A stretch of 63,905 nucleotides of DNA, counting the filler, from Chiloscyllium plagiosum (taxonomy: Eukaryota): assembly GCF_004010195.1 (NCBI RefSeq). It is 6 parts of one record of this genome, joined end to end, with 100 filler letters (N's around TTAATTAATTAA, not from the genome) between each part and the next. Parts side by side here need not be neighbours in the genome. Positions count along the whole stretch, not along the records: positions 35,313 to 49,333 come from NC_057716.1; positions 49,434 to 60,597 come from NC_057716.1; 4 more parts are not named here. One strand, 5' to 3'. The translations under genes were made by a program, and so were the position numbers. Shown here piece by piece: positions 38,085-49,679 of this stretch. Every line of letters begins with the position of its first letter. Within the stretch, counting starts at the first letter, position 1. The notes beneath the pieces were generated by a model, which did no database searches, had not been told where the DNA came from, and saw only the letters and a program-made list of their open reading frames with translations.

Positions 38085-38360
38085 AACCCCTACAGTGTGT
38101 AAACAGGCCATTCGGCCCAGCCAGTCCATACCAACCCTCTGAAGAGAACCTTACCCAGTCCCACCCCTACCCTATAACCCTAATGTCCTAAGCCTAACCC
38201 ACTCTTGGACTGTGGAAGGAAGCCAGAGCACACAGAGAAAGCCTATACAAACACAGGGAGAATGTACAAACTCCACACAGACAGTTGCACAAGGGTGGAA
38301 TCGGACCCAGGTCTCCTGGCGCTGTTAGGCAGCCATGCTAAGCACTGAGCCACCATGCCA
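38085..38360 (-). mobile_element. HE1-type SINE (diverged)
   Basis: GGTGGCTCAGTG head and GTGTGGAGTTTGTACATTCTCCC V-domain. Confidence 0.85.
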
Positions 38361-38823
38361 CCTGAGCAGAGGTGCTCTCACATTCCTCTGGTGAAGGTCA
38401 ATCATGAACCGAGACCTCCTGGTCCAATGATAGGGGCATTGCAATTACACTGCAACAGCCCTAACCAAACATCAGATATATTTTCTGATCAACCTTTTTT
38501 TTATTACAAACGTCTGAACCCACGTTGCCTCCTCAGAAGTAGAGATGCTATCACAGAGCACTTGTGGTACACTATGGAGCAGGTGAGACTGAACTCAGGC
38601 CTCTTGGCTTAGAGATAGGGATGCTACCATTACACCACAAGAGTCCTTCCTTGTTAAGTGTCTCCTTGAGCATGTCAACTAGATTTCCAAAACAAAGAAA
38701 ATTTTTTTTGTAAATTTATTCCTAATTCTCCTCCTACTGCTGCAACCCAGTGTGCATACCCTGATCTTGATTTCACTCTCTGTAACACTTTAAAATGATT
38801 TAATTATTTGTGCTTTTCTTTCA

Positions 38824-41800
38824 GAACATAGAACAATACAGCACAGAACAGGCCCTTCGGCCTTCGATGTTGTGCCAACCTGTGGACTTTTCTCAGCTTG
38901 TCCCCCTACACTATCCCAAAATCATCCATGACCTTATCTAAGGATTGTTTAAATCTCCCTAATGTGGCTGAGTTGACTACCTTATCAGGTAGGCCATATC
39001 ACGCCCTTACCACTCTCTGTGTAAAGAACTTTCCTCTGAAATCTGTCTTAAATCTATCACCCCTCAATTTGTAGTTATGCCCTCTCATACAAGCTGACGT
39101 CATCATCCTAGGAAAAAGTCTTTCTCTGTCTACCCTATCTAATCCTCTGATCATCTTGTATGTCTCTATCAAATCTCCCCTTAGCCTTCTTCTTTCCAAT
39201 GAGAACAGACCCAAGTCTCTCAGCCTTTCCTCATAAGTCCTTCCCTCCAGACCAGGCAACATCCTGGTAAATCTCCTCTGCACCTTTTCCAATGCTTCCA
39301 CATCCTTCCTGTATTGGGGTGACCAGAACTGTACACAATATTCCAAGTGTGGCCGCACCAGCGTCCTGTATAGTTGCAGCATGTGCTCTGGTTTCCTCTC
39401 AGTCCAATTATGTGCAGATTCGGGTGGATTGGCCGTGGGAATTTGTCCCATAATGTCCAGGGATGTGCAGGTTAGGGTGGACTAGCCATGAGATACATGG
39501 GGTAGGCGATTGGGTTTGGGTGGATACTCTTCGGGAGGGTCAGTGTGGACTGCGTGGACTGAATGGCCTGCTTCTACACTGTTGGGGTTCTAAGATATCC
39601 CCCCCATGAAGGAGGCAGCGAGTGGTGGTTGATGGAAAATATTCAGCCTGGAGTCCGGTTACTAGTGATGTGTCACCACTAGTGGAACCACTGCTGTTTG
39701 TCATTTTTATAAATGACTTGGACACAGGCATAGGTGGATGGGTTAGTAAGTTTAAAGATGACACGAAAATTGGTGGAGGGTGGACAGTGTGGAAGAATGT
39801 TGCAGGTTGCAGGGGGACTTTGTGAGATACGACCTGCCCTTGACGAAACCATGTTGACTATCTGAAATCAAATTGTTGCTTGCTAGATGATTATAAATCT
39901 TATCTCTTATAATCCTTTCCAAAACCTTTCCAACAACAGAAGTAAGGCTCACTGGTCTATAATCACCTGGGTCATCTAGGCTGCCCTTCTTGAACAAGGG
40001 CACAACATTTTCAATCCTCCAGTCCTCAGGTACTAAACCCGTAGACAATGATGACTCAAATATCAAAACAAAAGGCTCTGCTATCTCCTCCCTAGCTTCA
40101 CAGAGAAACATGGGATAAATCCCATCTGGCCCAGGGGACTTGTCTACTTTCACTCCTTCTAGAATTGATAATACCTATGTGTAACTAACCTCAACCCTTT
40201 CTAGTCTAATATCTCGGACCTTATTCTTCTCCTCTACAATATTCTCCTTTTCCTGAGTGAACACCAATGAGAAATGTTCATTTAACACCTCTCTGATCTC
40301 TATAGGGTCCGCTTCTGTCTTTGACTGGCCCTATTCCCACCTGAATCAACCTTTTATTCCTCACATACCTATAGAAAGCTTTTGGGTTCTCCTTTATTCT
40401 ATTTACTAAAGACTGCTCGTGTCCTCTCTTTGCTCTTCTTAACTCTCTATTTAAATCCTTCCTAGCTGATCTGTAACTCTCCATCGCCTCATCTGTACCA
40501 TCTTGCCTCATCAACACATAAGCTTCTTTCTTCTTCTTAACAAGAGATGCAATTTCTGTAGTAAACCACGGTTGCCTTACCTTATCACTTCCTCCCTGCC
40601 TGACAGGGACATACCTATCGAGGGCATGATTGTCTGCATCCCCTGCATTTTGCTACCCCATTCTATGCATCCTAATTCTTGCCTAATCGCATTATCATTG
40701 CCCTTGTCCCATCGATAACTCTTGATCTGTGGCATGTACCGATCCCTTTTCATCGCTAAGCTAAATGTAACTGAATTATGGTCACTCTCTCCAAAGTGCT
40801 CACCTACAACTAAATCAAACAACTGGCCTTGTTCATTACCAAGCACGAGATCCAGTGTGGCCTCCTCTCTTGTTGGCCCTTAGACATACTGTGTCAGGAA
40901 ACCCTCCTGTACACATTGGACAAAAACTGATCCATCCAACGTAAGAGAGCTATAACGTTTCCAATCAATGTTGGGGAAGTTAAAGTCCCCCATAATGGCT
41001 ATCCTGTTCCTTTCACTCCTACCTAGGATAATGTTGCTAATCCTCTCTTCCACCTCTCTGGAACTCTGCGGAGGCCTTTAAAAAACTCCAAGCAGTGTGA
41101 CCTCTCCTCTCCTGTTTCTAACCTCAGCCCACACAACCTCAGTCCTCATCAAAAGTTCCCTCAGCCACTGTTATACTATCCTTGACTAACAAGGCCATGC
41201 CTCCACTTCTTTTACCACCTTGCCTGTTTTTAATAAAAGATCTAAACCTGGAACCTGCAACATCCATTCTATCTGCTCTATCCATGTCTCCGAACTAGCC
41301 ACAACATCGAAGTCCCAGGTACCTATCCATGCTGCAAGCTCACCTACCTTATTTCGGATACTTCTGGTGTTGAAGTAGACACACTTCAAACCACTTCGCT
41401 GTCTGCCAGCATATTCCTGTGTCCCTGTGCTTCCTACTCTCATCCTCCTGTGCACTGCAGCCACACCTCCAGTTCCCATCCCCCTGCTGAGCTAGTTTAA
41501 ACCCACCTGAATAGCACCAGTAAATTGCTCATCCAGGATATTAGTACCCCTCTGGCTCAAGTGAAGACTGTCCTGTTTGTACAGGTCCCACCTTCCCCAG
41601 AATGAGCCCCAATTATCCAAGTACTTGAAACCCTCCCTCCTACATGATCCTTGCAACCATGTGTTCAGCTGATATCTTTCCCTATTCCTTGCCTCGCTAT
41701 CACGTGGCACAGGTAACAATCCAGGGATAACAACTCTGTTTGTTCTAGCTCTCAGCTTCCACCTTAGCTCCCTGAAATCCTGCCTTACATCCCTATCCCT

Positions 41801-42415
41801 CTTTCTACCTACGTCATTGGTACCTATATGGACAACCACTTGAAGCTGGTCACCCTTTCCCTTCAGGACCCCAAAGATACGATGCAAGACATCACGGACT
41901 TTGGCACCTGGGAGGCAACACACCAACCACGAGTCTCATTCGTTCCTTACAGGCCTTCTATCTGAGCCTCTAACTATTGAGTCCCCAATGACTAACACTC
42001 TCCTCCTTTCCCTCCTTCCCTTCTGTGCAACAGGGATAGGCTCTGTGCCAGAGACCTGGTCCACACTGCATACCCCTGGTAAGTCATCCCTCTCAACAGT
42101 ATCCAAAACGGTATACATGTTTTTCAGGGGAACGACTACAGGGGATCCCTCCACTGACTGTTTTTTCCCTTTTCGAACTGTCACCCAGCTTTCTTCTTGC
42201 CTAGGAGTAACTACTTCCCTGTAACTCCTATCTATCACAGCCTCTGCCTCCCGAATGATCCGAAGTTCATCCAGCTCCCGCTTCAGTTCCCTAACACGGT
42301 CTTGGAGGAGCGAGAGTTGGGTGCACTTCCCATAGATGTACTTGGATGGGACACTATTGGCGTCCCTGACCTCAAACATCCTGTAGAAGGAACATTGCTC
42401 TCCCTGTACTGAGAC
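38824..42415 (-). mobile_element. Long CR1 with ORF1 (SGNH esterase) and ORF2, internally deleted and inverted
   Basis: LVIGDSIVRG, CLPGAKV, VVHIGTND, DSLHL; YFNTRSIRNK, GESDHN, DKSPGPDGIYP, HGFVKGRS; RPHLEYCVQFWSP; inverted RT piece ~39608-39820; HE1-like fragment ~39385-39590. Confidence 0.92.
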
Positions 42416-42417
42416 GA

Positions 42418-42875
42418 GTTGAAACTTTATTGCTGGAACAGCACAGCAGGTCAGGCAGCATCCAGGGAACAGGAGATTCGACGTTTCGGGCACAGGCCCT
42501 TCTTCAGGAATGAGCAGAGAGTGTTCAGCAGGAGAAGATAAAAGGTAGGGAGGAGGGACTTGGAGGAGGGGCGTTGGAAATGTGATAGGTGGAAAGAGGT
42601 CAAGGTGAGGGTGATAGGTCGGAGTAGGATGGAGGCGGAGAGGTCAACAAGAAGACTGCAGGTCAGGAAGGCGACGTGGTCGACGGTGCCCTCCACCGCA
42701 TCTCCTCCACTTCCAACTCCCCTCCTCCAAGTCCCTCCTCCCTACCTTTTATCTTCTCCTGCTGAACACTCTCTGCTCATTCCTGAAGAAGGGCCTGTGC
42801 CCGAAACGTCGAATCTCCTGTTCCCTGGATGCTGCCTGACCTGCTGTGCTGTTCCAGCAATAAAGTTTCAACTTT
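42418..42875. mobile_element. Young fold-back Penelope terminal-repeat pair
   Basis: Near-perfect inverted arms (AGTTGAAACTTTATTGCTGG...CCAGCAATAAAGTTTCAACT); the centre holds a short Neptune coding fragment. Confidence 0.9.
42779..42814 (+). ncRNA. Minimal hammerhead ribozyme, family 1 (mirror copy on minus at 42476-42511)
   Basis: AUUC-CUGAAGA-A-GGGC(CUGU)GCCC-GAAACGUC-GAAU; perfect 4-bp stems I and II, GUC cleavage triplet. Confidence 0.75.
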
Positions 42876-43749
42876 GATATCCAAATGAATCCAACAAGAA
42901 CTGGACCAAGCATATGTGGTACTCATAATCTTCTTCATCCTAAGTATACGCATGATTTTACTACAACTGCTAAGTATTTCATCAGTAATATTTTCAGCAA
43001 CATAACACAAAACATCGCAGATAAGAAAAACTGCAGCATATTAACATGCCAAATTTCCCCTAAAGTAAATGCATTAAAATTCCATCAAATTTGACAATAT
43101 TGTTATGTATTTGGCTTTAAGGGGTTAACACGTAGGGGGTTCCATACAACAGCCAAGCAGGGTGAGATCAATAGTTGTGATGTTGAGAAGATATGCTCTT
43201 CTTCATTAGGGTAAATAAAACCACAGAAAGTAGACAAAATCAAACACAAAATATTGCTGAGGAAAGGAGTGAACAAAGACAGAAATGGGAACTATTTAAA
43301 TGTAAATCTATGATTCGCTCCAGTAATAATATCTAACAATATTCAATATCTAGGATCATACCAAAAGAGTACTTTGAAGTATTAAAGGGATTTTCTGCTA
43401 TCTAGTGATCTCTGAGGCATGAAGTTTCCCTTTCTTGATATGTGCAAGATCAAGACAAACACTAGGCATACAGTAACAGTGATATCACCGCAGGGAGTTG
43501 GCAGCCAATTACACTGAAGTATTCTCAAACAGCAAATCAGAAAGTAAAATGCAGTAAAATCTTCTACTCAATTAAAATTTCCACAGAGTAAATACAAATC
43601 ATCAGTGATACACATGGGATTAAAGTAGCTGAAATATCATAACTTTTTTTTAAATTTGAAAAAAACATTATTGCCATAATAATGGCAAAAAAGCATCCCA
43701 GTGATATAACATTAGATTTCTATGAGTAACTATTGAGTTATTAAAATTA

Positions 43750-44285
43750 AATTGCATTTATATAGTAACTGTTATGGCCACAGAAAGATCCAAAATGCTT
43801 TACAGCCAATAAAGTACTTTGGAAGTACAGTCAGTGTTGACACATAGCAGGCAATTTACATGTAGCAAGCTCCCACAAAAAGAAATGCTGTACTAATTAT
43901 TGAAAAAATATTGACTATGACACCTGGAACAACTTTCTCATCAGTGGTGAGGTTCTGGAACCCACGAGTTCAAAGGGTAATACAGGCAAAAACCATAATC
44001 ACATTAAAACATGCGGTGGAACAGTCAATGGGTTTAGGAATCAAAATTTGGAGAGTGGGATTAGTGTGACGAGGTATTCATCGACTGGTATGGACATAAT
44101 GTGCCAGACGACTACCTTCTGTGCATGAAATCTTACTGTGTTTTCTATGTATCTATAACTCTTATTAAAAATAGTGCCATTGGCTCTTCTATGTCTACAT
44201 TAGAGGACAGACAGGCCTTCACTTAGTAGGCTCTCGTCAAAAAGATAGCAGCTTAAATCTTCCAACTTCCCTCACTGGATTGGAA
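43750..44285 (-). mobile_element. Ancient Deu-domain SINE (SacSINE1-like), interrupted by a CR1 tail
   Basis: TTGCATTTATATAG...GCTTTACAGCCAAT...AGCAAGCTCCCACAA and AAATAGTGCCAT...CAGAC.GGCCT...CCCTCA.TG Deu-like blocks. Confidence 0.6.
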
Positions 44286-44630
44286 TGTGTTGCTGGAAAA
44301 GCGCAGCAGGTCAGGCAGCATCCAGGGAACAGGAGAATCGACGTTTCGGGCATAAACCCTTCTTCAGGAATGAGGAAAGTTTGTCCAGCAGGCTAAGATA
44401 AAAGGTAGGGAGGAGGGACTTGGGGGAGGGGCGTCGGAAATGTGATAGGTGGAAAGAGGTCAAGGTGAGGGTGATAGGCCAGACTGGGGTGGGGGCGGAG
44501 AGGTCGGGAAGAAGATTGCAGGTTAGGAAGGCGGTGCTGAGTTCGATGGATTTGACTGAGACAAGGTGGGAGGAGGGGAAATGAAATTTTCAGCTCTGAT
44601 CTCCAGCATCTGCAGACCTCACTTTCTCCT
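44284..44630 (-). mobile_element. Penelope terminal repeat with short inverted tail
   Basis: Family-1 repeat on minus followed by plus-strand CTCTGATCTCCAGCATCTGCAGACCTCACTTTCTCC. Confidence 0.85.
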
Positions 44631-44814
44631 AGCCATAGTGAAGCCACACAGTGTCTAACTCAATGACTCGTCTCTGGTAAATACGAACGTTGTTGATCTC
44701 CTCTTGTGTTGAAATCAGAAACAGACATGAAGGTGACAATTGGAAGCCACCCACCCTGCACTGAGACTGAAGCCAGCCGTCTCTGGTTTGATGTTTTCAA
44801 GAAAGACCTTTATA

Positions 44815-45285
44815 CAATTTTAAAGTGAGGGGAGATAGGTATAAGACAGATGTCAGAGGTAGTTTCTTTACTCAGAGAGTAGTAAGGGTATGGAATGCTT
44901 TGCCTGCAACGGTAGTAGATTCGCCAAGTTTAAGTGCATTAAAGTCGTCATTGGACAGGCAAATGGATGTACATGGAATAGTGTAGGTGGGATGGGCTTC
45001 AGATTAGTATGACAGGGCGGCGCAACATCGAGGGCCGAAGGGCCTGTACTGTGCTGTAATGTTCTATGTTCTATGTTCTATGTTCCTCCCACAATCCAAA
45101 AATGTGCAGATTAAGTAGATTGGCCATGCTAAATTGCCCATAGTGTCCAGAGATATGCAGGGTGAGTGGATTAGCCAAGACAAAAGCAGGTTTATAGGGA
45201 TGAAGGGTTTGGGTGCGATGCTCTTTGAGGATTGGTGTGGACTTTCTGGGTGTAATGGCCTGCTTCCACACTGTAGGGATTCTAT
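44815..45285 (+). mobile_element. CR1 3' end with (TTCTATG)n tail followed by the 3' half of an HE1 SINE
   Basis: FFTQRVVRVWNALP; CCTCCCACAATCCAAA...GGCCATGCTAAATTGCCC. Confidence 0.85.
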
Positions 45286-46147
45286 GAAATCTGTGCAGTG
45301 GAATCTTTCCTGACATTGAAGTGCAATTCAAAACCTCAATGCATACATTCCCAAATGATTTATTAACAGCATTATACATGCAGAAAGTAGAAAACGTCCC
45401 TCTGGCTGATAATTTACTGAGTGTTTCCATTTTCACTTGCTAATTATCGCATGGTACAATTGCATCTAAGAGCAGCCATGAGGGTGACTGGTATGAGAAA
45501 GGACCTGTCAGGTCAGTGCACCACTGCAGAAAGAAATGTGACCTTGTCTGCAGGACATACTGTTCATTAATTTTAAGACAATATCTATCACATCCTACAC
45601 ATACACTGGGATTTTTCTTTGTTAAAGAGAATGATTTCCATGTATTGATACACACAAAGCAAAAGCTGCAAAACACTAATGGTTTGAGAAAAGGAAAATG
45701 ATGAGCCGTATGACTTGAAATGTGAACTGTGCTATTCCACCATTCAATAGGATTGTGGCTGATCTGTGGCACAACTCCACATACCTGCTTTGTCCATATC
45801 CCTTACTACCTTTGTTGAATAAAAATATATCTATCTCAGATTTAAAACTAACAACTTATCCAGCATCCACTGTCATTTGTGGAAGGGAGTTCCAAATCCA
45901 TCTACCATTGTTTTGTTCACTCACCCTGTCTCTCAGTATCCCTTTGAAATTTAATACTATTATTTACACTGTCACTTACATTGTCTAAAATGTTGCCCAA
46001 ATACGTGTCATTGGAATATTTGGATATATGATATTCAATGCCATTATTCAAGTTGGTAACAAATAATGTGAATAATTGAGGTCTTAACACAGATCTTTGT
46101 GTCACACAACTCGTCATACCCTGTCAATTTGAGCACCAGTCTATTAT

Positions 46148-47990
46148 GAAGAAAGTGAGGACTGCAGATGCTGGAGATCAGAGTCAAAGAGTCATGTTGG
46201 AAAAGCACAGCAGGTCAGGCAGCATCCACGGAGCAGGAGAATCAACATTTTGGGCATAAGCTCTTCATCAGAAATGAGGCTTGTGGGCCAAGGGGACTGA
46301 GAGATAAATGGGAGGGGGTTTGGGCTGGGGTGAAGGTAACTGAGAAAGCAATAAGTAGATGAAGGTGAGGGAGAAGGTGATGAGTCGGAGAGGAGGGTGG
46401 AGCAGATAGGTAGGAAGGAAGATGAAAACTAGGGCCATTCAACAGGGTGGTGTTGAGTTGGAAGGTTGGCACTGGGATAAAGTATGGGTTGGGGAAATGG
46501 GGAACCTGGTGAAATCTACATTGATCCCATGTGGTTGGAGGGGCCCAAGGTGGAAGATGAGGTTTGGCGATGGAGGAGGCCCAGGACCTACATGTCCTTG
46601 GCGGAGTGGGATGGGGTGTTAAAGTGTTCAGCAACAGGACGGTGGGGTTGGTGGGTGCCGGTGTCCCACAGATGTTCACTGAAATGATCCACAAGTTGGC
46701 ATCCTGTCTCCCTGATGTTGAGGAGACATCATTGGGTGCAACAGATGCAGTAGATGACATGTGTGGAGGTACAGGTAAATTTCTGATGCATGTGGAAGGA
46801 TCCTTTGGGACTTTGAACAGAAGTGAGGGAGATGGTGTGGGTGCAGGTTTTGCAATTCTTGCGGTGGCAGAGGAAGGAGATAGGAGGGGAGGGTAGGGGG
46901 GCATGGACCTGACGAGGGAGTCGCAAAGGAAATAGTCTCGCTGAAATGCATATAGTGGTAAGGAGACGGGGTCTGTTTGTAGGTGGCAGAAATGGCAGAG
47001 GATGATGCGATGTTTCTGGAGGTTGGTGCAATGTAAGGTGAGGACCAGGCGTGTTCTGTCCTTGTTGCGACTGAAGGGGTGGGGTTCAAGGGCGGAGGTG
47101 CGGAAAGTGGAGGAGATGCGCTGGAGAGTATTGTTAACCATGTGGGAGGGCCAGGAGGGGACAATGGGTTGGTGGGGTGGGGGGCGTGGACTTGACAAGG
47201 GAGTCGCGGAGGATTCTGAGATTGTTCAGGTGAACTTGAGCGCGAGGTAGAAAGTGAACAATTCAGCCTCCTCATGGGAGCATGAGGAAGCGCCAATACA
47301 GTCACCAATGTAGCAGCGGAAAAGGTGGAAGATTGTGCCGGTGTAGCTGCGGAGGAAGGACTGTTCCACATATCCAACAAAGAGGCAGGCATAGCTGTTC
47401 TGAGATGGTCCAGGTGAACCTGAATCATGTTTCTCAACTTCATGAGTTCATCAACCTCACAAACACTTGCCACTCTGACCTCAAGTTCACCTGGACCACC
47501 TCAGAACTGAACACTTCAACTCCTTCTCCCACTCCACCAAGGACATGCAAGTCCTAGGCTTTCTCCATCACCAAACCCTAACCACCTGACGCCTGGTAGA
47601 AGAATGCCTCATCTTCCACCTTGGAACCCTCCAACCACACGGGATCAATGTGGATTTCACCAGTTTCCCCATTTTGCTTCCACCCACCTTATCCCAGCCC
47701 CAACCTTCCACCTCAACACCGCCCTCTTGAATGGCCCTACCTGTCCATCGTCTTTCCCACCTATCTGCTCCACCCTCCCCTCCAACCTAACACCTTCATC
47801 CTGACTTTCATCTACCTATCGCATTCCCAACTACCTTCCCCCCAGACTCACCACCCCTCCCATTTATCTCTCAACCCCCTTGGCCCACAAGCGTCATTCC
47901 TGATGAAGGGCTTATGCACAAAACATTGACTCCCTTGCTCCTCAGATGCTGCCTGACCGGCTGTGCATTTGCAGTACCACACTCTTTGAC
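46148..47990. mobile_element. Head-to-head Neptune-type Penelope insertion
   Basis: Minus arm with CHRKNCKTC...FTCTSTHVIYCICC and RT remnants; plus arm FINLTNTCHSDLKFTW plus terminal repeat CTGATGAAGGGCTTATGC. Confidence 0.85.
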
Positions 47991-49149
47991 ACCATCCATC
48001 CATTATCCTTATTTTCTGTCACTTGCCACTTTAGATCAGTGAACAGATTATGATAACCAAACACTGTACAGTTATCATTTAATATTATGAGTGGAGTATT
48101 TCCAGGCTCTGAACACATAGGCCATGGCAAGAAACTTTGAGAATCATGTGAGATGTTGAGTGCGAGCTTTCTCAACATTAAGACTAACAAGTTGCATTTT
48201 TGATCAAGACATGATTCTCGCTATTGAGCAGCAATAGGCCTATTAAAAGAGATTGTCGCTCATTATCAATTTCATTGTTACTTAATCTCAACTTATTTAC
48301 ATACACTCACCAGAGAAAAATGAGAAAGCAAGAATTCCCAACATAAAAATTACAGAAGGTACCTGGCACTCCAGCTCACTAGCTGCTCCTTCACATTGCC
48401 ATCTTTGATATCCAGTTCCAATATCTCACTGCGCCCTCCACGGACAGTGGCCACACGCACCCTGAATCCGCAGACACTGGCATCCAACACATGTCAGCCT
48501 CTCCACACCAGCATCCGCTCCGATCCACTGACGGCATGCTTCTGCACTGCCAAGCTGCTTTTCGGTGTGTGCCCATACCTCTCATTGTAATACTGTTGCA
48601 AGGACACTTTACACGCACAGACAGGTACCCAGCTCATGGATTAGACCAGAAAGCAGATCAGGGCTGCTTGCTCACTCTGTTAGCTCTGACTGACTTTGCA
48701 CCTACTGAGATATTGACAGTGTCTCTCCTGTGCCTTGCATTATAGTGCTTTAACCTGTCAGCTGCACTTTAAGGTGTCCCAGTATTTCTATCTTGCCTTG
48801 CAGTTTAGCACAGGCACTAGATCAGGCAACTTTGTCATGTTTGGCAGCAGTCATCCATCAAGGGAGTGAACATTTTGTTGAATGGTAAACTGCTACAACA
48901 ATCTCACACCCACACCACGTGTCAGCTGCATATATGGCAAACACACTGCATGCGCATCAACTATTTCAACTGTGTCGAAAAGCCTAATAGGAATAGTCCT
49001 CAGTCAATTATGGACTTATGGTCTAATTCCAGGGAGTTACCCTTTACCTTGGGATACATCAAAAGCAGCCTCCCATATCACTGCAGGGTCTCGGGCATGG
49101 TCAGGGCAGTGAGAGTTGGGAGTGGTGAAAAGTGGGCAGATGAAAACTG

Positions 49150-49677
49150 AGCTGAAAATGTGTTGCTGGAAAAGCGCAGCAGGTCAGGCAGCATCCAGGG
49201 AACAGGAGAAACGTTGTTTCAGGCATAAGCCCTTCTTCAGGAATGAGGGAAGTGTGCCCAGCAGGCTAAGATAAAAGGTAGGGAGGAGGGACTTGGGGGA
49301 GGGGCGTTGGAAATGCGATAGGTGGAAGGAGGTNNNNNNNNNNNNNNNNNNNNNNNNNNNNNNNNNNNNNNNNNNNNTTAATTAATTAANNNNNNNNNNN
49401 NNNNNNNNNNNNNNNNNNNNNNNNNNNNNNNNNGTCTGACCTATCACCCTCACCTTGTCCTCTTTCCACCTATCACATTTCCGACGCCCCTCCCCCACGT
49501 CCCTCCTCCCTATCTTTTATCTTAGCCTGCTGGACCAACTTTCCTCATTCCTGAAGAAGGGCTAATGCCCGAAACGTCGATTCTCCTGTTCCCTAGATGC
49601 TGCCTGACCTGCTGCGCTTTTCCAGCAACACATTTCCATCTCTGATCTCCAGCATCTGCAGACCTCACTTTCTCCTC
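49150..49677. mobile_element. Inverted Penelope terminal repeats flanking a scaffold spacer
   Basis: Minus copy 49150-49333, plus copy 49434-49677 with intact core at 49551-49578. Confidence 0.8.
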
Positions 49678-49679
49678 CA

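Noticed and set aside
42876..43060. Minus-strand exon or small hydrophobic peptide (MLQFFLSAMFCVMLLKILLMKYLAVVV)
   Set aside because: AT-rich DNA readily gives such peptides; no donor site or homology that I can support.
49150..49677. A single palindromic Penelope insertion spanning the gap
   Set aside because: The arms lie on different contigs joined by an artificial spacer, so contiguity is unproven.
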